64,000 nt of DNA from Podarcis vaucheri (GCA_965113315.1 OZ220365.1), one strand, 5' to 3'. Counted from the first letter of the stretch, positions 37,921-50,196 are shown. Made by a program: numbers and translations. Notes: a model not told the origin generated them from the letters alone.

Positions 37921-38231
37921 ATCTTCCATTCTTAATGAAATCAGCCCTGAATGCTCACTGGAAGGACAGATCGTGAAGCTGAGGCTCCAGTACTTTGGCC
38001 ACCTCATGAGAAGAGAAGACTCCCTGGAAAAGACCCTGATGTTGGGAAAGATGGAAGGCACAAGGAGAAGGGGACGACAGAGGAAGAGATGGTTGGACAG
38101 TGTTCTCGAAGCTACCAGCATGAGTTTGGCCAAACTGTGGGAGGCAGTGGAAGACAGGAGTGCCTGGCGTGCTCTGGTCCATGGGGTCATGAAGAGTCGG
38201 ACATGACTAAATGACTGAACAACAACAACAA
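37921..38231 (+). mobile_element. RTE-BovB LINE 3' end
   Basis: KLRLQYFGHLMRREDSLEKTLMLGKMEG..RRGRQRKRWLD, (CAA)n tail. Confidence 0.93.
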
Positions 38232-39201
38232 TATATTGCATCGATGGGTTGGATTCAATTACCTCAATAAACTAGCGTATGCCAGTGCAAGTACTCCCAT
38301 TAGCATAACAGGGCAGTTCCCCTCCTCCTCCCCTGTGCACCCCTGCATCTCCCACATCCTCCTTGGAGGGTCGGGAGAACTCCCAGAATAGCATGGAGGG
38401 AGGCAAGCAGAAATGATTGCACAGATAGAACAATCTCTTAAGCCTTACGTTGAGTTGTCCACCCTCTGTGTTTAAATTAGTGCATGCAAATGATATGCAA
38501 GCAGTGACCTCTCTTGTCTTCGTCATTTCTGGCGATGCATAAGTGAGCATTGATGTCAGTGTGGTGCACATGCATTGATGGGAGCACCAGATTGGTTCTG
38601 CCAGTGTATTTGCACCGTGCTGACCTCCCTGAAACCTTGCTTTTCCCCCTCTGCCTCCTGGGAAGCAGCAGTGCAACTGACTCAGAAGTTGGGTGAACAG
38701 TGACTGGTGCCCTTTCACATCATCTGCTACTGTATGAAAGGGGGGGTTGGGGTGGAGGGGGTTAATATGGGCTCACATTCCTCCACCCCTCCTATTGCTA
38801 CACTGTTCCTGAGTTAATGCATGAGCTAGAGCCTCTTTAGCCTTAATCAGTACTAATGCTGTTCATCCCTTAACCTCTACGGATGGGAGGGCATAGGGTG
38901 AGGAAGTCCAAACCCCTTGGCTCACCTCTGTCCTCTTAACCATGATGAATACATCTCCCATCAGCACTTGTCCTCAGTCAAGTTAATGTTCCATTGAGTT
39001 GGTTCTCTTGTTCATAACAGCAGTGAAATGTTTGGGTGTTTTAGAGCCCTTCTGCGCATTGGGAGGGGTGTCCTAATGAAAACCCCCAGAAGATAGTGGC
39101 CATCTATTCTACATTTCTGTTTAGCAACAGTCTGATTCGGATTGCATATAGACTGAGCTTTTGTCACAACCTTCATTATGTTGCTCTCAATGGGATTTAA
39201 T

Positions 39202-39485
39202 AATAACAGTTACAATAAATCTTTATTGTGGTCCAAAGACCCATAGAAGAAATTCAGAACAAAATACAATTAAGACAACCAACCATAAAAGAGAGAGAAA
39301 CTGACCCGGTCGTTTTGTCATGTCTCAAGCATGATGATCTTTGTTTCTTTTAACTTCCAAAATAAACTTTCCACGGCCAGTGTAATATCATTGGACCTGT
39401 CATCCAAAAGATATTTAATATGGGAGGCTTCAGATTTTCCCGGCAGATTTGCCAGTCGGGGTTTGATCAGTTGGTCCCTTGCTTG
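39202..39485 (-). mobile_element. Non-LTR retrotransposon 3' end, probably RTE-X
   Basis: 16-bp TSD CTCAATGGGATTTAAT at 39186-39201 and 39486-39501. Minus frame ARDQLIKPRLANLPGKSEASHIKYLLDDRSNDITLAV, 3' GGTCTTTGGACCACAATAAA. Confidence 0.65.
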
Positions 39486-41416
39486 CTCAATGGGATTTAA
39501 TCATGGCTAAATTTTGTTGGATTTCATCCAGAGTCTTGGCATGCAGTCTCTGTGCAGCCATGTTCACATGAGTTTAGTGGGGCTTGTTCCCAGGTCAGTG
39601 TATCTAGGACTGCATCCTTAGCCTTTTGTCTTTTAAAATGAGGATACGACACATTTATCACTATCTTCTCTAGGTATTTACTCCCTGTTTTCTTTGTTAA
39701 TGCAATGCTGTAGGATGATTTATTAGCATTAGTATTATTATTAGCAACTGGATGTTAGGCTAAGAAGAGGACTCCCTTTCATATGGTTTGCAAGGTTTGA
39801 TGTATGGTTTTAATTATGCTAAATGCTCCTCGAGGCTATTTCTGATGGACCCGCAATAAGCGTCGCTGCAGATATGCATAGAAATTGCAATGTTTGAAAT
39901 GTTCTCAGAAATTAGGAGCTGCAGCCTCTATGAGCTTGCTCTTGTTTCAATAACCATGCGGGGGGTTTTGAAATCTGGTTGCGTAACGATAGCAGAGAAA
40001 ATGCAACTCCAGAAGCAGATATTCCTCTGGCATTACCGGTCAAGTGCAATTTGCAAGGAAAGCACCACTCAGGATGGGAACGGGAGATTAAACATTGGGC
40101 CTTTCCCAGTGTGAAATTCCTTGACACCTTGTCTCTCTTCTCCTTGAGATAAAGAAGATGAAGAGCAACAAAACAAGAAGTAGAATGGGAAGGCGGAAAT
40201 GTAGTCAGGATCAGCAAGCTTCTCAATCTTACAAATATCAACTCAGCTTCTGGTCAGACTGGCAGCACATTGGTACACTGGAGAAGAAGACCTCTCGCCT
40301 CCTCCAAGATGTCATCAGTGCCATTGGCAATGGATTGAATAGTATACTAGTTTGGTGACCTGAATCACCATCCAGAATTTGACATCCCAAGAAGCAGAGA
40401 TATGCTTCAGTGGCACTGATAATAAATGGCGAGTCATTTCTTCTTTAGAAATAAGATATGACCCACAGGATACAGCACATTTGGAAACCCCACAAAGCAA
40501 CTATTCCTTTCCTGTTATCTAGCACTGGCAAGAGGATTCCCACATTGTTTCGGCAGAGTAATGCAGGCAGGGATCATCAGTCCTTGCATGCATTCAGCAA
40601 TGATATATCGGACACACATGTAGTTGCAGAAGCTGAGTGACAAACTGTAGCAGAGCACATCGAAAACTCCACCGAGCTGTTTTAAAAATGCTTACTGAGA
40701 AACTCCAGCCCCTAGAAACTCACTCTCTGTCAAGGGAGCTCTGCTGCAAAATTAATTGCTTGCTCCTCTACAACTACATCCTTCAAACAGACATTTGGGG
40801 GGGGGCGGATGGGGGGGTGTTGTTTTTTTAAAAAAAATCTTCTGAGACTTTCTCTTTCTGTGTCAGTTCACAAGTCGCATTCTTAATGGACAGCCTAGAA
40901 GACAGCTCCAGTCTGCTTGCTTGAAATGCTAAAGGAAGGGGGCAAACACCTCTCATTGGCTAACCACACAGGCAGCAAAGACTGGAAAACATAGAAAGAA
41001 CACTTCTGGATGGGACCACCTAGTTTCCCTTAGTGGCCAGTCAGGAAGCAGGGCAGGAAGGAAATAGCCCCTCCCCTTTTGGGACTGCCCAGCTGTTAAT
41101 ATTCAGCGGCATAGTGCCACTGGATCTAAAGTTTCCATTTAGCTATGATAGCAGCAACCACAGATCACCTCCATAACTTTGTCTAGTCCCCCTTTAAAGC
41201 CGTACAGGCCAGTGTCTATTCCTTACCCCGTAGCAGTGAATTCCATCTGTTAGTTCTATTTTATTTGGATGGCTTTTTTTTTTTGTCTGGCCTGAATTTT
41301 CTGAAAATCAAATTCACTGTATGATTGAGAGTTCTAGTATTGTCTAAGTGAGAAGGAGGGGTGAGGTGTGGAAACTCTGTTCACTGATGGGAGCCGGACT
41401 CCTTCAACACCTAGAG

Positions 41417-41670
41417 AGAAGAAGAAGAAGAAGAGTTTGGATTTGATATCCCGCCTTTCACTCCCCTTCAGGAGTCTCAAAGCGGCTAACATTCTCCTTT
41501 CCCTTCCTCCCCCACAACAAACACTCTGTGAGGTGAGTGGGGCTGAGAGACTTCAAAGAAGTGTGACTGGCCCAAGGTCACCCAGCAGCTGCATGTGGAG
41601 GAGCGGAGACTCGAACCCGGTTCCCCAGATTACGAGACTACCGCTCTTAACCACTACACCACACTGGCTC
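41417..41670 (-). mobile_element. Squam3-like SINE (left member of inverted pair)
   Basis: Full length, (CTT)n tail facing left. Confidence 0.9.
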
Positions 41671-41679
41671 TCGTGTGGT

Positions 41680-41930
41680 GAGCCAGTGTGGTGTAGTGGT
41701 TAAGAGCGGTAGACTCGTAATCTGGTGAACTGGGTTCGCATCTCCGCTCCTCCACATGCAGCTGCTGGGTGACCTTGGGCTAGTCACACTTCTCTGAAGT
41801 CTCTCAGCCTCACTCACCTCACAGAGTGTTTATTGTAGGGGAGGAAGGGAAAGGAGAATGTTAGCCGCTTTGAGACTCCTTCAGGTAGTGATAAAGTGGG
41901 ATATCAAATCCAAAACTCTTCTCTTCTTCT
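41680..41930 (+). mobile_element. Squam3-like SINE (right member of inverted pair)
   Basis: Full length, (CTT)n tail facing right. Confidence 0.9.
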
Positions 41931-42920
41931 AGAGGGCCACAGGTTCCCCATCCCTGCTCAACCGCATCCCCACGTAGTCATTTCCTTGCTGAACGAAAAT
42001 GTCATTGTGCTTTCCTAATAAGAAGGTGCTCTAATCCCTTGGTTATTCTGAAGATGGGTTGAAGTGCTCTGCCCTCACCCTCTCTCTGTGGCCACTTGGC
42101 GGAAACTGCTCTTTGACAAAGAGAGCTGGAAATCTCCAGATGAGCCCCTTTCATCTTTGTGATCTCTGGGACAAGTTGATCTTTTCTGCTTTCAGTTGAT
42201 AAGATCAGCCACACCAGCAATGACTCCCCCACGAGAGTGAGACTGCGAGGCAGGGATCCATCGTTTCTTTGTATGTCTATTACCGTACACACCATGCTAT
42301 ACAAACACAATATTTTCTAGCTGTGATTGTGCCCAATGATGCCCAGTGACTTCCTGTAGAATGAAGTGTTCCACCTGGCTATTACCATTTCTCTCAGGGT
42401 TAGATCTTTCCACAAACCAAGATAATGTCAATTCAGGTTAGGCATGGCTCCATAGTTAATAATATACTGACATCAGGTGCTCAGGGAATGTCAGCAGTGC
42501 TGAGACTGGTCCCTCTGCACTTGTTGCCGAGCCCAGGTGAAAACACCTTCAAATATACGATACGTAAGCAAAGCCGGAGAGCCTGATCTCAGTCTGGAGT
42601 GAAGGGAGCCCTTTCCCTGGGACTTAAGACACTGAAAATCGCAACACCCTTTAGGCAACTGAATTCTGAACCCTTTGAGGAAACATTATGCAAACGAAAT
42701 CTGCAAGAGCAGGAACTCTGGAGGTTTCTAGTTAAATATACCTGGTTCAAAGTAAATACAGCCACAGTTTCCTGAAGGATATTGCCCTTTTCTTTTTCCT
42801 TTCCCTTTTCTGAAGGAGTATGGAGTAGATTTTCAGTTGTTACTTTCCATGACTATAAAGTGAGCTTTGCAGCAGTATGTTCCCCTGTGAGGAAAGCTTG
42901 CAACAACTGGGGCTTTCTAG

Positions 42921-42965
<45 letters not shown>

Positions 42966-43365
42966 TTTATTATTTATACCCTGCCCATCTAGCTGGGTTT
43001 CCCCAGCCACTCTGGGTGGCTTACTGCATATCTAAAAGCATAATAAAAACATCAAGCATTAAAAACCTCCTGATACAGGGCTGCCTTCAGGTGTCTTCTA
43101 AAAGTTGTGTAGTTCTTTATCTCCTTGGCATCTGTTTGGAGGGTGTTCCAGAGGGTGGGCACCACTACTGAGAAGGCCCTCTGCCTGGTTCCCTGTAGCT
43201 TCACTTCTCACAGTGAGGAAACCACCAGAAGGTCCTCGGAGGAGGACCTCAGTCTCCGGGCTAAGTGATGGGGGTGCAGATGCTCCTTCAGGTATACTGG
43301 ACCGAGACCATTTAGGGCTTTAAAGGTCAGCACCAACACTTTGAATTGTGCTTGAAAACGTACTG
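42921..43365 (-). mobile_element. L2 LINE 3' end with (TAT)n tail
   Basis: Same family as 21022 and 45608. Confidence 0.82.
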
Positions 43366-43399
43366 ATTAGAGAGAAGCCGAATGTGGGGCACGATAGGG

Positions 43400-43826
43400 G
43401 TATATAACTTTATGCATGGTGAGGGAAAATAGAGAGTAGTTTTCCTCTCTGTCTGATAATATGAGAACTTGTGAAAGCTGTGTCAGGACAGGTGGAAGAA
43501 AGTGCTTCTGCGCAGGCTGCACAGTTAAACTATGGAACTTGCTCCCAGAAGGTGTTGTGATGGCCACCAGCTTGGAGGGATTCAAAAGAGGATTCGGTGA
43601 TTTATGGATGGGATAAGGCTATCAAGGGCTGCAAGACTGTAATGGTTATGTCCTGCCCTCTCCACTAGATACAAGTTACTGGGAGTTGCAGGTGGGGAGA
43701 GCGCTGTTGCACTTAGGTTCCAGTTGAGGGTTTCCAGTAGGCATCTGGTTGGCCACTGTGAGAAGAGGATGCTGCTCCAGATCAGCCATTGACTTGATCC
43801 AGGAGAGTGCTTCTTATGTTCTTATG
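43400..43826 (+). mobile_element. Old CR1 3' end
   Basis: TGGAACTTGCTCCCAGAAG..GTGATGGCCACC..TTCAAAAGAGGAT, ending CTTCTTATGTTCTTATG. Confidence 0.75.
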
Positions 43827-45611
43827 AGTTGAAATGAGTACAGCGTTTTCATGGCACGGTTGATGCTTCTCCTCTGGGAATGATAAAGAGTAGCTGCTGG
43901 TATTGGTCAATAAATAAATAAATAAATAAATGCATGGACTTCTCAGAATAGACTCACACACAAAAAAAAATTTGCCTTTGTTTGGAACGCTGGTCAATCG
44001 TAAATTCAGATTCTGATATGAAACACCCTGCTAATCTTGAGCTGCATTGCCTCCAGTATGATTAACCTGACCACCTACCCACGAGATGAATGTCTGAATG
44101 CACACCAGTGTCGCCTATGTGTTTAGACCCAACATACACTCTTGAGATGAAAGGGACCTTTTGCATAGAGTCAGGCTGTACATCCATTTATCATGTGTGT
44201 ATGTGTTAAACCCTTATGGTTCATAACTTGCTGCACAATTGAGATTCACATTGCCTGTTTGGAGACTGGTTCCTGCTTACAAGCGGCTGGTGACTGGATT
44301 TCTCTTGCAAACACAAGCAAGGATCAGTGATCTGGTCTTTCCTGCAGCTATTAGGGTGTTAGCTGCCTTTTCCAGGTCAAATCAGAGAGAGGAGCTTATA
44401 CCAGGGCCACAGATAGTTCATGAGAGGTATATTTTATATTAAATTCATGCCAGCTACTCCAGTGCCATAATCCAAAAAAGTTGAGACTACCACCCTTAGT
44501 TGCACTGTGCTTCTGAGAACAATTTAAGAGGAATTGCTATATCTCAGTAGTCGTACCTGGTCCTTGACAGGACAACACAGCAGTGATCCCCTCTCTGTCT
44601 CTCGCTTAAAATGTCATTTTTCCGCTCTGGGAGAATGTCTGTACCCATCAGAATTTAGACTAGATGGATGGCATTTTGACTTAGTTGAGTATCTGATTGC
44701 TGTTTTGGAATCGATATTTTTTCCTAGCAATAAAGATGCCATGTCACTAATTGGCGCAGTTTCTCTTTGTCAAATTGCCGTTAAGTAATGCACTTTGTAT
44801 CCAGTGCTCAGTGGCGGCTTCAGTTGTACATGATGCATTGGACAAATCTGGCAATTAAATCTAACACATGCGATGAGGAAAGAGAAAAGAGAGACAGGTG
44901 GAATATTCATGCCCATATTGACTAAAGTGGGTAAAATGAAATCCCTTCTTATTTTGTGTAACCGCTCATGCTTGATGTGCATACAAAAACCTCCATCCTA
45001 TTGGCACCAGTAAAATGAAAAGCCACTTTGCTTATCAGGACAAATAGGAAAACAATCCCATCTTTTAAAGAAATTATCTTGCTCAATTGCCTTGCGATGC
45101 TGCCATCAACATTTCGATTAAAATAATAATATTTTTTAATGACTCTGCACGGCAGGCAGCAACAATCACTGGGTTACTCAAGAAGCTTCACTCTCATTTT
45201 GAGGTTTCTAATTCTGAATCTTCTCCCCCTCTATTTTCCTTTTAAAAAATTAATGAATTTACCAAAGATTAGCGGATAATGGAATGTACTGACACCACAC
45301 TTCCTTTCTGTGCTCTGAAAATCAAGTGACTTTGCTTCACTAGAAATCTATAAGCAGTGGGACATCTATAAATTATGTCTGTGCCTATAATCCATAGGTA
45401 GAGAAAATAGAACATTTGTATTGGCTTTTGGGGTGATGGCTGTGATGGTTTCAGGATCTCCTCTGATACCTGTCTTGATTCTTCTCTATTGACCCAATAT
45501 GTATCTTGAACCTGTGGGAAGTCAGTGGGAAGTCAGCCTTTGCCTTAAGCATATGATAGACACAGCCTCAATATTCCATAGATACATAAAACATTGCCTT
45601 CTGCTGAGTCA

Positions 45612-45965
45612 AACCGGTCCAGTATATCTGAAGGAGCGTCTCCACCCCCATTGTTCTGCCCGGACACTGAGGTCCATTGCTGAGGGCCTTCTGGCGGTTC
45701 CCTCGCTGCGAGAAGCCAAGTTACAGGGAACCAGGCAGAGGGCCTTCTCGGTAGTGGCACCTGCCCTGAGGAACGCCCTCCCACCAGATGTCAAAGAGAA
45801 CAACAACTACCAGACTTTTAGAAGACATCTGAAGGCAGCCCTGTTCAGGGAAGCTTTTAATGTTTGATGTATTACTGTATTTTAATATTTGGTTGGAAGC
45901 CACCCAGAGTGGCTGGGGAAGCCCAGCCAGATGGGCGGAGTATAAATAATAAAATTATTATTATT
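45612..45965 (+). mobile_element. L2 LINE 3' end
   Basis: Encodes GPVYLKERL..ARTLRS..RAFSVVAPAL.NALP...FRRHLKAALFREAF, then the L2 tail. Confidence 0.88.
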
Positions 45966-45989
45966 GGTCTAGCTCAGTATTTCTACATT

Positions 45990-46692
45990 ACGGGGTGTTA
46001 GGGGACGGGCAGTATCTCCGGTTTGGGACATGTTGTGCTCCTTCTGGGTAGTTCATCCATCACTGGTCCCCCTGCCCTGCACTCAGCTCCCACCTGTGGC
46101 TCTTAGGAGCTGTCAGCATGCAACAGCAGCCACACCCTGGGACTGCTTCTACTGAACAGCTGAACCGGATAAGGGTAGGCGATGGGTCTCAAACCCTAAG
46201 TGAGTTAGGGACTTCCCTTGCATGAGAAGACAGGCTCCAGTAGACTAAGCAGACGAGACCAATAGTGGGTCCAGCGGTCAAGAAGGCGGGTTTCTGCACA
46301 TGCTGTAGAAGGAAGTGAGGGGGAGATGGTGCTCATCAACCTGGCAAGGGAGGGGAAGGAAATCTAGAAGAAGGAAAACTCTCATCCTAAACCTCGCCTG
46401 CCTTGTGGCTATATGCTCATTTGTGAGAAAGGCTTCAGGAGTAAACTCTGAGGAACAAACTGTACCTGCTACTTTGTGGGACATCTTTGGGAGAAGTAAA
46501 CCCTACACCAATCCAGAGTGGAGTCCCTAATGCAGTTGGATGGTATCTTGTACACCATCTTCTGGCAACTCCTGTAGCCAAGCTGGTGCCAAAGGTATTG
46601 CTCTGGTTTCCTTTGGGCCACATCAGTGAGATCAAAAGGGGGGTCCTTGTCATCTGGGCAGCCCAGGACCTCCACACACACTGCCCAGGCTT
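45990..46692 (+). mobile_element. Probable RTE-clade 5' UTR or non-autonomous derivative
   Basis: GC-richer block with CTAGAAGAAGGAAAACTCT..AAACC, resembling RTE 5' UTRs. It splits an old tRNA-SINE whose parts lie at ~45590, 45966-45989 and 46693-46800. Confidence 0.45.
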
Positions 46693-47371
46693 ACTCTGGA
46701 GGGTTTCAAGCCAGGTTCTCTCCTGGTTCTACCTAGAGATGCCTAGGGTTAAACCAGGTACCTTCTGCATTCAAAGCAAATGCTCTCCTAGTGAACTATG
46801 GTCATCCCCAAGTGATAGTATAGAAGAGGCCTGGTGCCACCATGTAGTAGTTTGCAGGCAGGGCCCACCACCCAAACCTTCTCCAGACCCACCTTAATTT
46901 TCTTTCTGATTCTCAGCCCTGGAAGGCCACCATTTTAATTTCCCAGAATGCCCAGGAGTGTTCCTACATTGTGGGTTTCTATTGTACACCCACCATGAAA
47001 TCCCATGTACGTTTGATGGTTGTTGCTTAGAGGAAAGTGTTGTCTTCTTAGGAAGCAGAACTCAGAACCCAGATAGCTTTCTCTTGACTGCTTTTACCTG
47101 CCATCTATTTATTTCTCTGTGCGATTGGATTAGCACTTGCTTGAATGTAACCGGAGAGCAAAAGCATAAAGCTCTCTCTGTATGCTACCTAATGAATAGC
47201 CTACTCTGAAATCTCTGAGAGCGTCTCTTTATGAAAGAGCAGACTGCAATTTGTCCATGTTGCTGCCTCTATTCAATTTCATGTTACAATGGTGGGAATG
47301 GGCAGCTAAAATTTGATGCCAATGAAGCAATGCCTCTCCAATAGTGTTTGGTGGTGTCATATACATACCTA

Positions 47372-47777
47372 CCATACTTTTCTGTGTATAAGATTATGGG
47401 TTGTTGCTTTTAATAAGTGGGGGTCGTCTTATACGTGGGTAGTGCATAGGGTGGACATTTGATTGGTTGCTGCCGAGGCTGCCAGTGGCTATTGTGCATG
47501 TTATTGGTTGCTGTGACAATGGGTGGTGCTGATTGGCTGATACTCCGGCAGTTGGGCAGGCGATTGGCAGCTTCTGCTGGTGACGGGACAGATGGGAGGC
47601 GGATTTAGCGACACGTTTTAATCCCCCCTTAAAAAAGCTCAACAACCCCGAGTAATCCCCCCCAAAAGCTCAACAACTCTGTTCCATCTATCTCCCCCCC
47701 CCATTTTCTTAAATTTGAGCCCCTAAAAATAGGGGGCATCTTATACATGGGGATGTCTTATAGACGGAAAAGTACAG
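47372..47777. mobile_element. Tc1/mariner (Tc2-like) MITE
   Basis: TA|CCATACTTTTCTGTGTATAAGA ... TCTTATAGACGGAAAAGTACAG|TA. Confidence 0.78.
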
Positions 47778-47783
47778 TATATA

Positions 47784-47983
47784 CAAAATAAAAAAAATTC
47801 CTTCCTGTAGCACCTTAAAGACCAACTAAGTTAGTTCTTGGTATAAGCTTTCGTGTGCATGCACACTTCTTCAGATACCACACGAAAGCTTATACCAAGA
47901 ACTAACTTAGTTGGTCTTTAAGGTGCTACAGGAAGGAATTTTTTTATTTTGACTATGGCAGACCAACACTGCTACCTATCTGT
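47784..47983. mobile_element. Penelope-like element remnant with inverted pseudo-LTR arrangement
   Basis: ~73-bp near-perfect inverted arms (47784-47856 / 47879-47951) plus a short tail. Flanked by the 13-bp direct repeat TACAGTATATACA at 47773-47785 and 47984-47996. Confidence 0.85.
47840..47879 (-). ncRNA. Minimal type I hammerhead ribozyme motif (Penelope-associated)
   Basis: Minus strand GGUAU CUGAAGA A GUGUG-CAUG-CACAC GAA AGCU U^AUACC. 5-bp stem I, CUU triplet. Confidence 0.72.
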
Positions 47984-48185
47984 TACAGTATATACAGTTC
48001 CAGTTTACACCTAATTTAAACATATAGCCATATGCTTCCATGAACAAATCTTTTCACTTATGATGATGTGAACAAGAACACTGGAACTTCCATACTGGTC
48101 AGAGTAGCTAAACATTGTGAATGTGGCCAGCTAAGTGTTAAAGGGCATATCAGACCCAGTCCATCCAGAAATTGTTAAACCTTTA

Positions 48186-48393
48186 TAGTCATACCTTGGT
48201 TTTCGAACAGGTTAGTTCCCGAACGTTTTGGCTCCCGAACGCTGCAGTGTTCCGGTTTGTGAACTATTTTTGGAACCCAAACGTCCGCCTTGGCTTTCTG
48301 CAGCCAATCAGGAGCTGTGCTTTAGTTTCTGAACATTTTGGAAGTCAAACAGACTTCCGGAACGGATTCTGTTTGACTTTGAAGGTGTGACTG
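48186..48393. mobile_element. Tigger-like MITE
   Basis: TA|TAGTCATACCTTGG ... AAGGTGTGACTG|TA. Related to 31359-31599. Confidence 0.75.
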
Positions 48394-49365
48394 TATGTCG
48401 GAAAGCCAGAAAAAAGTCAGACTTGTAACCTGTAAATCAGTTAAAACGGAAATAGAAAGGGGTGCAAAAATGCCGGTGAATCTGATCATTTTTTGCTCTT
48501 GTTCTTTTGGGGAGATCACCCCCCCTTCACTGAGTCTTCAGGATGGGGTGCACTATAAGTGCAAATAAACACAGGGCGATTTCAGTGCAAGCTGTGTTCA
48601 TTTGCAGCACACACAGCTTGTAGAGACGAAGGCAGAGCGCATCCAATCCTGGAAAAAAATAGGCTCTGTGTTGTCTTTGTTGCTCCTGTTGAGATTGTGA
48701 TTTCTAGGAAAGTATTTTGACTGTCTCGTTTATGGATTTAATAAACTGTAAAACATGAATATTGATTTGCACATGTTGGTACAATAGGATTTAAACTTGC
48801 ATAGCTACATCATTTTTATCGAATCTCATTAGTGTGCTGGCATGTGCTTCAGTCTCACTTGCCTGGCTCCATTGGCTCTCCTAAACCCATCCCCACCCTC
48901 GCCCCAAAACTAGCATGTATCCAAGCAGCCTTTTGAGATCCTCTTTTTAAAAGAAAAGAAAGCCTGCTTCACTTTTGTGTGACCACCCGTGAAACATTTA
49001 GCAGTGCTTTCACAGTTAACACTTAATACACATGTCCTTCTTTTATGCATCAGTTTTGAAATACTTTAACAGCTGTTTTCACGGTACTCATATCCTCCCT
49101 TCTGTTTCCTCCATTGATGGTGCTGGCAATCCAAATCCATGGGGGACTTGGAGGTCTACTTAACTGTTGGTTCAATCAAGGAAGTGGTTTACATTTAATT
49201 GTGACTGCCACTGGGTTACAAAGCCCAGTCCTCCTTTTACCATCCATGGGCTCTTAATTCCAGGGAGTGGGATGAAGATGGATGAGCCCCATGAGAATGG
49301 ATGAGCTATTAATTGTGCATTGAAAAGGCTGCTAAATCTGTGTGTCTTGGGGAAGAGTGTGTGCA

Positions 49366-49401
<36 letters not shown>

Positions 49402-49855
49402 CAAAAAAAATTGTGTTAAAATGGGATTTTTAACATGCTTAATTTTGATTGGATCATGCCATAATAATTATCATTATTGTGCTTGCCTGGTTGCAAAGAC
49501 AATGGGGGGTGGATTCAGGTTCCTGGAAGTCAAGAGGTAGATCCTTATTTAGTTTTATTTATTCATAAGGAGATTTATGTACCATCAACTCTTATAAAGT
49601 ATCAGGGTGGTGGACAACAATATCTGCAACAAAACATAAAAGTCCATAAGAAACAATATGAAAGAATCATTAAAATGACTGTCTAATCAAGAAAAACTGA
49701 ACATCTGCAAAGGCCAGTCATGATGAAAAGAGATGCCTGAAAGTCAACAGCAAGGTTTTCTGCCAAATCTCTTCTGGAAAAGTATTCCACAGTATGGACC
49801 AGTTGGGCATCTGTAACATGAGGAATAAGGAACAATTCTCCTCTGGTAGATAATA

Positions 49856-50196
49856 CAGTGGTGCCCCGCAAGACGAATGCCTCGCAAGACGAAAAACCCG
49901 CTAGACGAAAGGGTTTTCCGTTTTTCGATGCACTTCGCAAGACGAATTTCCCTATGGGCTTGCTTCGCAAGACGAAAACATCTTGCGAGTCTTGCGATTT
50001 TTTTTGCTCCCCCCTTTTTCTAAGCCGCTAAGCCTTTTAGCCGCTAAACCGCTAAGCCTTTAATAGCCACTAAACCGCTAAACCGCTAATAGCACTAATC
50101 CGCTAAGCCGCTAATAGGGTTGCTTCGCAAGACGAAAAAACCGCTAGACGAAGAGACTCGCGGAACGGATTATTTTCGTCTTGCGAGGCACCACTG
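49856..50196. mobile_element. Young Tigger-like MITE (341 bp)
   Basis: TIR CAGTGGTGCC(C/T)CGCAAGACGAA, TA TSD, CpGs intact, internal CCGCTAA repeats. Confidence 0.92.

Noticed and set aside
50020-50115. Short regularly spaced repeats, as a CRISPR-like or telomeric array
   Set aside because: The units are 7-8 bp with no unique spacers, lie inside a TIR-bounded MITE, and the DNA is eukaryotic.
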